Source of the DNA: a virus
Taxonomy: Duplodnaviria > Heunggongvirae > Uroviricota > Caudoviricetes
Length of the DNA stretch: 64,000 bases
Virus record (IMG/VR): IMGVR_UViG_3300032268_000658
Strand: one strand, 5' to 3'
Part shown: positions 55,635 through 64,000 of the stretch, piece by piece
Layout: each line of letters starts with the position of its first letter
How positions within the stretch are numbered: position 1 is the stretch's first letter
Translations under genes and position numbers: made by a program
The notes under the pieces: generated by a model
The model's input: the letters and a program-made list of their open reading frames with translations, nothing else
Database searches by the model: none
What the model was told of the DNA's origin: nothing

Positions 55635-55880
55635 TTAAGCGTTTTTAAGTCTTGGTTCCCAATAACTTCTATTCATCCACATGAATTGATAGAATTCTCT
55701 GAACATTCTTAATGTGATATCTTTAATATCGCCTTCTAATTTACCTCTTTTGATTTCTTTACCGATTCTTTCAATAAGTTTGTCTTCAAATTGTTTGATA
55801 GTACTATTCTCCATAAAGTTTTTAATCTCTTTACGCATCATTACTTCTATCTCTTTAATTTCTGAGCTTGTTAGTGCCAT
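55635..55880 (-). CDS. Hypothetical protein
   Basis: ORF. Confidence 0.45.
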   Translation of the reverse strand: MALTSSEIKEIEVMMRKEIKNFMENSTIKQFEDKLIERIGKEIKRGKLEGDIKDITLRMFREFYQFMWMNRSYWEPRLKNA

Positions 55881-56296
55881 TATTTAGTTATTAAGAAAAA
55901 TGTTAATACAGCTATTACCCCTGTTCCTAATATTGATTTGAACTTACTTTTTACTTTCTCTTTCTTTAGGTCCCACTCTATTTTTTTACTATAACCTTCT
56001 AACACGTTATATTTTTCATTTTGAGTTCCTATGATGTTAACATAGTTAACTTCTTTTACCTTCATTGTATTAATAACGCTGTCTTTTAATACAACCTTAC
56101 CTTCAGTTACAACTAATAAAGAATCACTCAATTTAAGTTGAGCTTTGGCCTCATCACCACTTTTTAAGTCTTTAATTATTTTTCTTACAGTGGATATTGG
56201 AAAAGATTTAACTGGTTCCTTACTACTTGTATCTGTCTGCGAAAAAGCTGTCAATGTCGTTGTCAGTATAGCTATCAACGCGATTAATTTCTTCAT
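55880..56296 (-). CDS. Secreted protein with a signal peptide and C-terminal TM anchor
   Basis: MKKLIALIAILTTTLTAFSQ; C-terminal GVIAVLTFFLI. Confidence 0.5.
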   Translation of the reverse strand: MKKLIALIAILTTTLTAFSQTDTSSKEPVKSFPISTVRKIIKDLKSGDEAKAQLKLSDSLLVVTEGKVVLKDSVINTMKVKEVNYVNIIGTQNEKYNVLEGYSKKIEWDLKKEKVKSKFKSILGTGVIAVLTFFLITK

Positions 56297-56624
56297 GATA
56301 AATTTCTTTTATTATTGTCTTTTGACCTTTTATTTTGTCGATATGATTATCAACTTCGTCAATTTTTTTATTGTATCCTGCGATACTACTATCTAGTTTT
56401 TGTTGGTCCTTATAGATTTCTTTAATTATAATGTTAAGAGAATCGATTTTTTGTTTCTCTTGTACCGACATTTGCATTGTTGGTGTTAATACATATATTA
56501 CCCAATATAGGATAAATAAAGCCACAAGTCCTTTAACAATTGTTTTGTAATTTCCTTTAATGAAATTTAAAATAATCTGTGTCATATTATTCAGGTGATT
56601 CTTTAGTTTTTTTTCTATTAGCAA
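56223..56624 (-). CDS. Membrane-anchored coiled-coil protein (spanin-like?)
   Basis: N-terminal TM GLVALFILYWVIYVL, then a coiled-coil. Confidence 0.4.
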   Translation of the reverse strand: MLIEKKLKNHLNNMTQIILNFIKGNYKTIVKGLVALFILYWVIYVLTPTMQMSVQEKQKIDSLNIIIKEIYKDQQKLDSSIAGYNKKIDEVDNHIDKIKGQKTIIKEIYHEEINRVDSYTDNDIDSFFADRYK

Positions 56625-57159
56625 GTACCTTACCCCATTTAGATTTAAACTTCTGGTAGTACTTTTTTAGTTTGTTTATTAAGTCAAGGAACTCATCATC
56701 AACTTTAATCATTTGACCGTTGATATATATTCCACTGTCTTCTCCGATTGTGAATATGAAGTCCAAATCTCCGTCAATAAGTTTTCCTGACCACTCAACA
56801 TTGTTTGCATAGACATTCAGAGTATTGAAGTCAGCTAAGTCTGATACTTCAGTTACAAATTCGTCCATAGTTTCTTGGAAGGCAATTTTATCATCAGTTG
56901 TGATATCTAAATTACTTCTGTCTTTTCCGTGTAAAGCTAAGATACCACCAGATATTCTATATTTCTGTACCTTATCTTGTTGAACTGGTTTTTCACCGTC
57001 TTCAACTTCTGTCTTGGCAGTTTCGTACTCAGCATCTTGAGTAATTCTACTCTCAACATCACTGGCTACGTTTATTTGTGTGCTTTGTTCAAATAAGAAC
57101 TTAGACTTCTTCAATAGAGATTTAATTTCGTCGTATCTCTCGTTATGCAAATTGCTCAT
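56587..57159 (-). CDS. Hypothetical protein
   Basis: ORF. Confidence 0.45.
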   Translation of the reverse strand: MSNLHNERYDEIKSLLKKSKFLFEQSTQINVASDVESRITQDAEYETAKTEVEDGEKPVQQDKVQKYRISGGILALHGKDRSNLDITTDDKIAFQETMDEFVTEVSDLADFNTLNVYANNVEWSGKLIDGDLDFIFTIGEDSGIYINGQMIKVDDEFLDLINKLKKYYQKFKSKWGKVLANRKKTKESPE

Positions 57160-57748
57160 TTTTTAATAGTTTTCTAAAGGTTTCGAAGTTAAACGATGGG
57201 CTTAGGTCAGTGAAGTCTGAATCAAAGTTACTCTTGGTAACTATTCCTTCAAAGTTCTCAACACCAGCTACTTTGGTATTATGTCCTATACATCTATTTT
57301 CTATTCGAAGAGTTTTGTTTAATTGGTTACACAAATCCGCAGTTGATTCAATCTGAGAAGTCGTATAAGGTTCCCAAAAAAAGTAGTCTCTCCATTTTTT
57401 TTCGTACACCTGTTTATTATAAATACTTCCTTTCCAGTTAATATAAGAGTTGGTTAATGGTTTCTTTTCCAACCATCCCAAATTTTCTAAACATATAATA
57501 ATTGAATTACGATTTATGTTTTCGTTGTTGAAATAATTGGTGTGTGATATGTCAGATAGTAGTTGTAGAATCCTACCGTCTTTGGTAATAACATAATTGG
57601 GTATCCTATCAAACTTCCCGTTATACCTAAATTTAAGGGAGGCCAAGTATTCCTCGACCTCCCTTGATGTATGACATAGGATTATTTGTTTCTTTTTTTT
57701 CTGCTTACCCGTTGGTTTAAAATTTCCATATTTTTGGATATTAAGCAT
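57143..57748 (-). CDS. N-acetylmuramoyl-L-alanine amidase (Amidase_2/PGRP-like) endolysin candidate
   Basis: ..KQIILCHTS.. / ..NYVITKDGRILQLL.. / ..SIIICLEN.. / ..YTTSQIESTADLCNQL..IGHNT.. follow the amidase_2 block order (IVIHHTA / YHYLIDRDGTIYQLV / IGIEL / YT.AQ...L..L...I.GH). Confidence 0.5.
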   Translation of the reverse strand: MLNIQKYGNFKPTGKQKKKKQIILCHTSREVEEYLASLKFRYNGKFDRIPNYVITKDGRILQLLSDISHTNYFNNENINRNSIIICLENLGWLEKKPLTNSYINWKGSIYNKQVYEKKWRDYFFWEPYTTSQIESTADLCNQLNKTLRIENRCIGHNTKVAGVENFEGIVTKSNFDSDFTDLSPSFNFETFRKLLKNEQFA

Positions 57749-58451
57749 CTCTTCTTAAATAATTCAAGACCTTTTTTTCAGGTTCATTTATTTGTTCTTC
57801 TGAAGTTGTTGGTTCTTCAAGTGTACCAAATTTCTGTTCATTTAATTTAACCAACTCTTCTTCAAGTCTTTGTAAATCTTCTTCGGTTGGATTGTACTTT
57901 TCATTCTCAATCAAAGCTTCTTGTTTACCAGCTTCAATACTTAATGCGTCAATATCAATTTCTTCTGTCTTAGGTAATTCATATTGTTTCTTTTTGTCTT
58001 CTTCTTCAAACTTAACTAACATGTGTAAGAATGAAAGAGAGATTAATGGTAACATACCACCAGCGAATAACGCTAAGAATCTTTTATGTCCTGATATGTC
58101 TCCAACACCAATGAAACTAACCAAGGGGTCAACTAATTCAACCCAGTCTTTGAATGATTCACTATTAATATCAATATATTGATATGCAAAAAATATGTTA
58201 CCAATAAATTGAATAAGGGTAACAATACCAAATGGGAAATATACTTTTTTACCCATCTGAGCAGATATCGCAGCCAATGCAGATAACGCAGCTATCTCAA
58301 TACCTACAGACAAATAGATTGCCCAACTGAATGGATTGGATAAACCATACCATTTAGTTACGTGCGATATAGATACAAACGCCACGGTCAAGATTGGGAC
58401 CAAGAACGAAATGTAGATTATCGTTTTAAAGTTTTTTTGAAACCAATTCAT
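57741..58451 (-). CDS. Polytopic membrane protein (holin-like candidate) with an acidic tail
   Basis: At least 4 TM helices in the first 150 aa, directly upstream of the amidase. Confidence 0.45.
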   Translation of the reverse strand: MNWFQKNFKTIIYISFLVPILTVAFVSISHVTKWYGLSNPFSWAIYLSVGIEIAALSALAAISAQMGKKVYFPFGIVTLIQFIGNIFFAYQYIDINSESFKDWVELVDPLVSFIGVGDISGHKRFLALFAGGMLPLISLSFLHMLVKFEEEDKKKQYELPKTEEIDIDALSIEAGKQEALIENEKYNPTEEDLQRLEEELVKLNEQKFGTLEEPTTSEEQINEPEKKVLNYLRRDA

Positions 58452-58735
58452 TATTTTTTTGTGTTTAATCTTTTTATCTCATCTTCGATTTCAGTTTGTC
58501 TTCTAACGTCAAGAAGTTTTCTATCAGTTGCTTGAATCATTCTTTTTTCAGCTTCAAGCCCTGAAATCTTTAATTGAGCATCCAACTCTTGTTTTGTGTA
58601 AGTTGAATCTTTAATAGATTTAATCTCTTTTTTAATTGTACTCAAATCTCGTGAGTCTCCGCAACTTTTAAAGAAAGTTAATAAGGCAATCACCAATACG
58701 ATTACCACAAAGTTATTTTCTATAAATTTTTTCAT
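58451..58735 (-). CDS. Single-pass membrane coiled-coil protein
   Basis: N-terminal TM FVVIVLVIALLTFF, then a coiled-coil. Confidence 0.45.
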   Translation of the reverse strand: MKKFIENNFVVIVLVIALLTFFKSCGDSRDLSTIKKEIKSIKDSTYTKQELDAQLKISGLEAEKRMIQATDRKLLDVRRQTEIEDEIKRLNTKK

Positions 58736-58804
58736 AATTTTTGTTTTTAATATACACCTTAAAATATAAAAGGTGTACTAAATAAATACACCCTTTACAT
58801 CAAT

Positions 58805-59602
58805 TTATAGATATTCGAAAAGAATAGCTGTTTCATTTCTTAATTTTCGAAGAGCTTTTTCCTTAATCTGTCGAACCCTTTCTTTGGTTAAATCAAAATC
58901 ATTACCTATGTCTTCCAAGGTTCTTGTTGAACCAGACAACCCGAAATAATCTTGAATAATTATTTTTTCTCTCTCATCCAAAACGTCCAACATTGATAAT
59001 AACTTCTCTTTTAATGTCTGTTCCGTAGATAGATTGGCATCTGCCAAATCAGCATTAGGGTTATTCAACACATCCAATAACGTATCTCCCTCCTCGTTCA
59101 ATGGACTATCCAAGTTCACCGTATAAGGTAAGTTTACGAATTTTTCAGGTAGGTCAACACCTGCCTTCTCCAATTCTTTCTTTGCTTTATGCAATTCTTG
59201 AACCACATTTACTGGTAGACGGATGGTTCTTGCATTTTCATTCAATGATTGCAAGATAGATTGGCGAACCCACCAAACGGCATAAGAGATAAATCTTAAT
59301 TGTTTAGACCAATCGAAGTGCTCGATTGCTTTCATCAATCCAAGGTTACCTTCCGCAATTAAATCAGGTAGGTCCAACCCTTGGTTTTGATATTGTTTAC
59401 TTACGGTAATCACAAAACGTAGATTACCTTCCAAAAGTTCTTTTTGAATTTCTTTTGTTTCTTCTTCTGTTATAAAACCAGATAGCATTCTTTCAGCTAA
59501 CTCTCGTTCTCTTTCAGGAGTCATTACTTTCAGTTTACGAATGTCCTTCAAGTAATTACTAATCTCTTCTTGATTGATAGGAATTGATGATTTTTCTTTC
59601 AT
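58805..59602 (-). CDS. RNA polymerase sigma factor, sigma-70 family (group 3-like)
   Basis: Region 2 DLIAEGNLGLMKAIEHFD...FISYAVWWVRQSI; region 4 TLEDIGNDFDLTKERVRQIKEKALRKLR. Confidence 0.75.
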   Translation of the reverse strand: MKEKSSIPINQEEISNYLKDIRKLKVMTPERERELAERMLSGFITEEETKEIQKELLEGNLRFVITVSKQYQNQGLDLPDLIAEGNLGLMKAIEHFDWSKQLRFISYAVWWVRQSILQSLNENARTIRLPVNVVQELHKAKKELEKAGVDLPEKFVNLPYTVNLDSPLNEEGDTLLDVLNNPNADLADANLSTEQTLKEKLLSMLDVLDEREKIIIQDYFGLSGSTRTLEDIGNDFDLTKERVRQIKEKALRKLRNETAILFEYL

Positions 59603-59605
59603 ATA

Positions 59606-60124
59606 TTATTTACTGTATTTTTCTAATGTGTCTTTTTCGTATTCGCTCAATGAATCCATACCCTTAGATAAAAGTTTATCCAATAGTTGGTCAAGAGATG
59701 GTTTTTTAAATAAGTTTCTTTCTTTAGCTTCGTCCAAAAGTAATGCCACAAAGTCATCATCATCTTCTGACTCCATAAAATCCAAGTTGTTCTTAATCCG
59801 ATTCATGTCAAATTTCATGTCCACGTCATCACCAGGACTATCCAAGTCAAATAAATGACCATAGATATCATTGTTAAGACATACAGACACATTGTCAGTT
59901 ATAGCATTTAAAAAGAAAGAATCTGATATCCCATAAAGAATTCCTTTAACATATTCAAAGATATCTTCTTTGTTTACCTCAGAGGTGAAGTGAAAAATTA
60001 ATACACCAGTGGCATATTGAAATTTAAGGTTAGGCGAATCAACGATTGGCGTTACAGACAAAGCAATTTCTTTACGTAAAGTTTCATCAAACGTTCCGAG
60101 TACTGTTAATAAGTAGTTTTCCAT
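59606..60124 (-). CDS. Hypothetical acidic protein
   Basis: ORF coupled to the sigma factor. Confidence 0.5.
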   Translation of the reverse strand: MENYLLTVLGTFDETLRKEIALSVTPIVDSPNLKFQYATGVLIFHFTSEVNKEDIFEYVKGILYGISDSFFLNAITDNVSVCLNNDIYGHLFDLDSPGDDVDMKFDMNRIKNNLDFMESEDDDDFVALLLDEAKERNLFKKPSLDQLLDKLLSKGMDSLSEYEKDTLEKYSK

Positions 60125-60160
60125 TAATATTTTAATTTTGACAAATGTAATGATTTTATT

Positions 60161-60697
60161 TTAATTAGGCGCTTTTAATCCGACAATTTCTGAAAAACTG
60201 GGATATAATCTATCATATACCTCTATGATAGTATCTCTATGTTGGATATTCATAAATTCACCCTTCCCTGGTAATGTTAACTCAGTTGTAATCGCATAAG
60301 GAACACAGGATGTTTTTAACGCTTTCTCAAAATCAACAGATGCTTTAGCCTGCAAGGTATTCTCCCTTATAATCTCAACAATCTCAATCTCATCACGACC
60401 CGCATACCTTGACTCAGAAAACCTTGCTTGAACTGAATTTTTGGTATACCCTATCTTTATCATATCCACTCCTCCAACCCTCATGTGAACCAAATACACA
60501 ATGTGAGGACCAAAACAAGTGTCCACCCTATTGTATATATAATCTATAATTTTGGGGTATTGTCGAATAATATCAGTCAACACCTCAATTTTTACATCTA
60601 TGTTACCCGTCTTTGATTCTTTGTATCTATTATATAATTCCATATTAAAAATATATTTTTCCTTTTGCACCTGAATGTTGTTCGTACCATTTACCAT
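60161..60697 (-). CDS. Hypothetical protein
   Basis: ORF. Confidence 0.45.
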   Translation of the reverse strand: MVNGTNNIQVQKEKYIFNMELYNRYKESKTGNIDVKIEVLTDIIRQYPKIIDYIYNRVDTCFGPHIVYLVHMRVGGVDMIKIGYTKNSVQARFSESRYAGRDEIEIVEIIRENTLQAKASVDFEKALKTSCVPYAITTELTLPGKGEFMNIQHRDTIIEVYDRLYPSFSEIVGLKAPN

Positions 60698-61118
60698 CTT
60701 TATCTAACCAAACATATGGGTTGGTTGGTTCCGCAGTCCACCTATATTGAGAATAAAAATCAAAGTCTTTCTTCAATAGGTTAGACTTGTGTGAGTCATG
60801 AAACTTTTGATTACCCCACCAATCAGGATAGGTTACAGATTCATCAATCACTTCCTTAGTCATGGTGTTCTTAAACCCACGACGTACCCACTCGTCAATA
60901 CTTGCATTCAAGTACATCTTGAGTAAGGGTACGTGTTGTCTCCACATAACAGAACATGGATGGTTTAACCACCCTTTGTAGGGGGTACCATCCAACTTTG
61001 GTCTGCCAGTAATTGCATTTATAATTTGAAAGGTCTCGACACGTTGTTTACCTAAACGTTTGTTGTCGAGAACCCTTAATGATTCTGTAATATCAGAGTA
61101 TGGTAAGAATGTTTGCAT
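60645..61118 (-). CDS. Possible pyrimidine-dimer DNA glycosylase (DenV/endonuclease V-like)
   Basis: N-terminal ..LPYSDITESLRVLDNKRLGKQRVETFQI..NHP..MW.. loosely parallels the T4 endoV N-terminus and related families. Confidence 0.3.
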   Translation of the reverse strand: MQTFLPYSDITESLRVLDNKRLGKQRVETFQIINAITGRPKLDGTPYKGWLNHPCSVMWRQHVPLLKMYLNASIDEWVRRGFKNTMTKEVIDESVTYPDWWGNQKFHDSHKSNLLKKDFDFYSQYRWTAEPTNPYVWLDKDGKWYEQHSGAKGKIYF

Positions 61119-61153
61119 ACCACAAAGATATGGATAATAATTAAATCTACCAA

Positions 61154-63592
61154 TTATTTTAATAAGAATTCTAACTCGTAAACCATTGGTGTCATCACTT
61201 CATCCAACTCAATTAAAAGATTATTCAACACATTGAAATCATTTGGATAGTTTTTCTTTATTTGAATGTACCCCAAGTCCCATGTATCGTTTGGTAGTTC
61301 ACAAATTCTATTCATATAAATTCTCTTATACTCTTGAAGGATTCTCTTTCCTATCTCGGGTAAATTTTGATAAAAATTATCATCCCACAATAATTTTGCA
61401 ACATACCTTTCAGAACTATTTTGATAATCATTAAACGTCGCCATATTAGGATGTTGTTCTAATTTTTCTTTAATGTGATTTTTTTTAAACGGAAAAAATT
61501 CATTTTTAACTCTATAAGAAACTCCATTATATTCTTTATTCATCCAAGACGTTTGATTAGAACCGTCACTAAATAACGACCTAACTAAACTTAAACTTTT
61601 AAACGTATCATAATTTTTATGAAAATCGTTAGGTTTAAGATATTCGTCTTTATCATTCAACCAATTTAATTTAACTAATTTTCTCGCATTAAACATCATA
61701 ATTGCCTCCCAAAATCCATACGAATTAAACGATACTCCATGTGACGAAGCAAATGGCATTGTATAAAGTCCAACAAATTGTCCATTAAATTGAACTGAGT
61801 TGGCATTGTTATGTAAAAATCCAATAAAATTAGGTTTTACAGTACTTTTAACTCCATTAGTTGTTTCAGGAATATCAAACCCATTAGTTGTCGGGACCAT
61901 AGTCACATTATCTGTCTTTTCAACCCATTTTGATTTTAACCATTCTTTAGAGGATGGTAAAATATCCGTATTATAAAATGTTTTTACTCCTAATTTTACA
62001 ACATCTAACCCTTGTCTTTCTAAAATATCAAATTCAAATTTACTACTATCTTCAGGTATTCCACATTCAAAAATTGCAAATATTAATGGCCAAGATTTAA
62101 CTCCCGCAAATTCTTTAGCATTAAACACAAATCCTTTTTTAAATTTGTATTTTTTACCCATAAACTCTCTAAGTTCTTTTGTTTTTTCCCCCGTGAAATA
62201 AATTGGTTTCATAAAATAACCAATGTGTACTTTTTTACCTGTTGATTCACTTAGTTTATAATTCTGATAAAGAAACTGATTAAATAACTGGTCACAAGCG
62301 TTACCTAATCCTTCACTCAACATCATTTTTTTAACTAAAGTATCTGAAACACCTGCCTTACTAGATTTACCCATGTTTGCAGAAGTAGCGTAAGGCGGAT
62401 TTTCAATTTTATGAACTTCAGTTGAACCCATAATTTTAGACTTAATGTTTATAGGTAAACTATCGTACGTAACTGCTAACGCATCTATTGATTCAATAAT
62501 TGCCCCAACATTATAACCTGATTGTAAAATTGTATCCACATCAGTAGATTCTTTAGTTGTTAATATTAAATTACTGTAATCACGATTTCTTGTAATATTA
62601 CCAGTACCAGCACTTGCATCCCAAACACAACTACCGTTATTTTTATAATTTGGGAATACTTCGTTGAAGTACTCGTCCGCAATTTCTGCCCATGTATCTT
62701 GAGTATAAAACGCCCCTAATCGTCTTCTTTCAGATTCTTTAATTAAAGTGTCTTGAGTTGATGTTATTTTTCTCTTTTCAGTATTTGAAAAATTTGAAAC
62801 ATCAAAACCCTTCATTAAATAATTAAAATATTGAGAATTAACTTTAATTTTATTATTACCGAATGATTCTGTTATTAAAGTACCATCATTTTTTGCATCA
62901 TTAATCCTGTTTGAATATGGGTTAACAAATAGTTGAACAAAAAGGTTAACCGAGTCATTTGGTGATAATTTTGTTTTTAATACGGTTTCTTCCCAATAAT
63001 CAAATGCTTTTTTAATTTTATTTGAAGTTACGGGTCTTTTTTGAATTGAGTTTTTACAAAAATTAATAATTCCGTTATAAATTATTGGTAAAGTAACTTC
63101 AGTAATTTTATGATGTACGGGTACTAATTTTTTATTAAGTAAATCGTCACATATATTATTATAAATTTCAGGTAATGTCTTATAAGCGTCAGTAGCTTTT
63201 TTAGGCCATTGGGCATCATAAGACAAGTATTCCACAAGTTGATTAGTGTGAAAATACACAAATTCATCCTTATCTACAATGGCAACAACTCTAGGTGTTT
63301 TTAAATCTGAAGAGTTATCCATTCTATATAGATAAACTAAAGACTGCATCAATTTTTTTGCAAGATTTTGATTATCCAATAAATTAGTATCGTATTTGAA
63401 TTCAAATAAAATACTAACATAATGAGGATTAGATGAATTTTTATTTGAGTCAAAAAGAACTCCATCATCTCCATCAAATCTATTAAATAATAAACTTCTT
63501 TTTGATTGAAAAAATCCAACGATAGATTGCTGAACAACGGATTCGTTATTAGCAATACTTAAATTTGTTACGGTTAGTCCTGTTAGTGTCAT
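61154..63592 (-). CDS. 812-aa protein with a gamma-class N6-adenine DNA methyltransferase domain (Eco57I/Type IIG-like)
   Basis: Motif X RLGAFYTQDTW, motif I VWDASAGTGNI, motif IV IENPPYA, in that order; ~290-aa N-terminal and ~400-aa C-terminal regions of unknown function. Confidence 0.6.
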   Translation of the reverse strand: MTLTGLTVTNLSIANNESVVQQSIVGFFQSKRSLLFNRFDGDDGVLFDSNKNSSNPHYVSILFEFKYDTNLLDNQNLAKKLMQSLVYLYRMDNSSDLKTPRVVAIVDKDEFVYFHTNQLVEYLSYDAQWPKKATDAYKTLPEIYNNICDDLLNKKLVPVHHKITEVTLPIIYNGIINFCKNSIQKRPVTSNKIKKAFDYWEETVLKTKLSPNDSVNLFVQLFVNPYSNRINDAKNDGTLITESFGNNKIKVNSQYFNYLMKGFDVSNFSNTEKRKITSTQDTLIKESERRRLGAFYTQDTWAEIADEYFNEVFPNYKNNGSCVWDASAGTGNITRNRDYSNLILTTKESTDVDTILQSGYNVGAIIESIDALAVTYDSLPINIKSKIMGSTEVHKIENPPYATSANMGKSSKAGVSDTLVKKMMLSEGLGNACDQLFNQFLYQNYKLSESTGKKVHIGYFMKPIYFTGEKTKELREFMGKKYKFKKGFVFNAKEFAGVKSWPLIFAIFECGIPEDSSKFEFDILERQGLDVVKLGVKTFYNTDILPSSKEWLKSKWVEKTDNVTMVPTTNGFDIPETTNGVKSTVKPNFIGFLHNNANSVQFNGQFVGLYTMPFASSHGVSFNSYGFWEAIMMFNARKLVKLNWLNDKDEYLKPNDFHKNYDTFKSLSLVRSLFSDGSNQTSWMNKEYNGVSYRVKNEFFPFKKNHIKEKLEQHPNMATFNDYQNSSERYVAKLLWDDNFYQNLPEIGKRILQEYKRIYMNRICELPNDTWDLGYIQIKKNYPNDFNVLNNLLIELDEVMTPMVYELEFLLK

Positions 63593-63638
63593 GAGGCAAA
63601 TATAGTAATAAGTAATCGAATAACAAAAAAAAGTCCCA

Positions 63639-64000
63639 CTATTGTGAGACTTTTGAAATATTATCGGTTTTTGTAATCTTAACCACGTTGTTTGACCAAT
63701 TATTGACCAACGGGTTATGAGTAATAACGAATATCTTCTCGAAGTATTCCTTCATCTTGGTAAAGAATTCCCCAACCATTTCAAGGTTATCATTAGATAT
63801 CTTCCCAAATACTTCGTCAAAAACCATTAAATTTGGCTTTGGTAACGAACATACTTTAGATAGAACGGCTCTCAAGGCCATCGCTGCGATGGTTCTTTCG
63901 TAACCTGAACCTGAAACCATTAGTTTCTCAATACCTGTTGAGTTATCAACCATGATGAATTCAACCTCGTTCTTATCATTGATACGAATCTCCAAGTTAA
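63639..64000 (-). CDS. C-terminal part of an SbcC/Rad50-like ATPase (N-terminus beyond position 64000)
   Basis: Signature-like VSGSGYERTIAAMALRAV, Walker B LMVFDEVF, H-loop VITHN; the ORF is open to the window edge. Confidence 0.45.
   Translation of the reverse strand, partial: NLEIRINDKNEVEFIMVDNSTGIEKLMVSGSGYERTIAAMALRAVLSKVCSLPKPNLMVFDEVFGKISNDNLEMVGEFFTKMKEYFEKIFVITHNPLVNNWSNNVVKITKTDNISKVSQ

Noticed and set aside
60161-60697. GIY-YIG or T5orf172-like nuclease call for ..IKIGYTKNSVQARFSE..
   Set aside because: Only a faint resemblance to the GIY-YIG core, and the catalytic Arg/Glu/Asn spacing could not be verified by eye.

Overview
This is an AT-rich, gene-dense window that reads like part of a large bacteriophage (or phage-derived element) of a Bacteroidetes/Flavobacteriia-type host; most genes are small and lie on the minus strand. 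The host assignment rests on three things. First, promoters fit the Bacteroidetes sigma-A pattern TTTG-N19-20-TAnnTTTG. Second, several proteins carry MKKLL...FSQ/FTQ signal peptides. Third, one surface protein is built from DUF285/26-residue repeats. Many genes are followed by a GC hairpin plus U-tract intrinsic terminator.

Coding regions I can recognise from motifs:
- An NMN adenylyltransferase, a P-loop kinase and a DUF3310 protein in one overlapping operon with an N4C-type DNA methyltransferase. A Nudix hydrolase lies nearby.
- A Dam-type methyltransferase and an 812-aa gamma-class NPPY methyltransferase-domain protein.
- Thioredoxin, glutaredoxin, DnaJ, a sigma-70 family factor and an Hc1-like histone.
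- A DHH/DHHA1 phosphoesterase, two ParB-domain proteins, a pyruvoyl-enzyme (AdoMetDC-fold) homolog, a pterin-4a-carbinolamine dehydratase and an FMN-reductase-like flavoprotein.
- A GT2 glycosyltransferase, an LpxH-like phosphoesterase, and DoxX, outer-membrane-barrel and secreted proteins.
- PcfJ-like, DUF932 and LRR proteins, an amidase_2 endolysin-like gene with neighbouring membrane genes, and the C-terminal end of an SbcC/Rad50-like ATPase whose 5' part (N-terminus) lies beyond position 64000.

Non-coding and other features:
- One tRNA-Met(CAT) with a C1xA72 mismatch.
- About 1.2 kb of ORF-free, GC-richer sequence next to the tRNA, full of tetraloop hairpins and bracketed by promoters and a terminator. 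I read it as a candidate large ornate phage ncRNA.
- A cluster of perfect DnaA boxes with iteron-like repeats, and an unusual G6/C7 homopolymer-run block.
- The most striking pattern is a short N-terminal leader (M-x-(K/Y)-I-I-T-E / IIRLTEADL..LV..VI.EQSE / MNLQENI..) shared by more than 15 otherwise unrelated proteins. It matches the (L/I)-x-E cleavage logic of T4-type prohead proteases, and I hypothesise a capsid-targeting or propeptide system.

No integrase, terminase, capsid or portal genes are recognisable in this window. All calls come from reading motifs by eye; no database search was possible.
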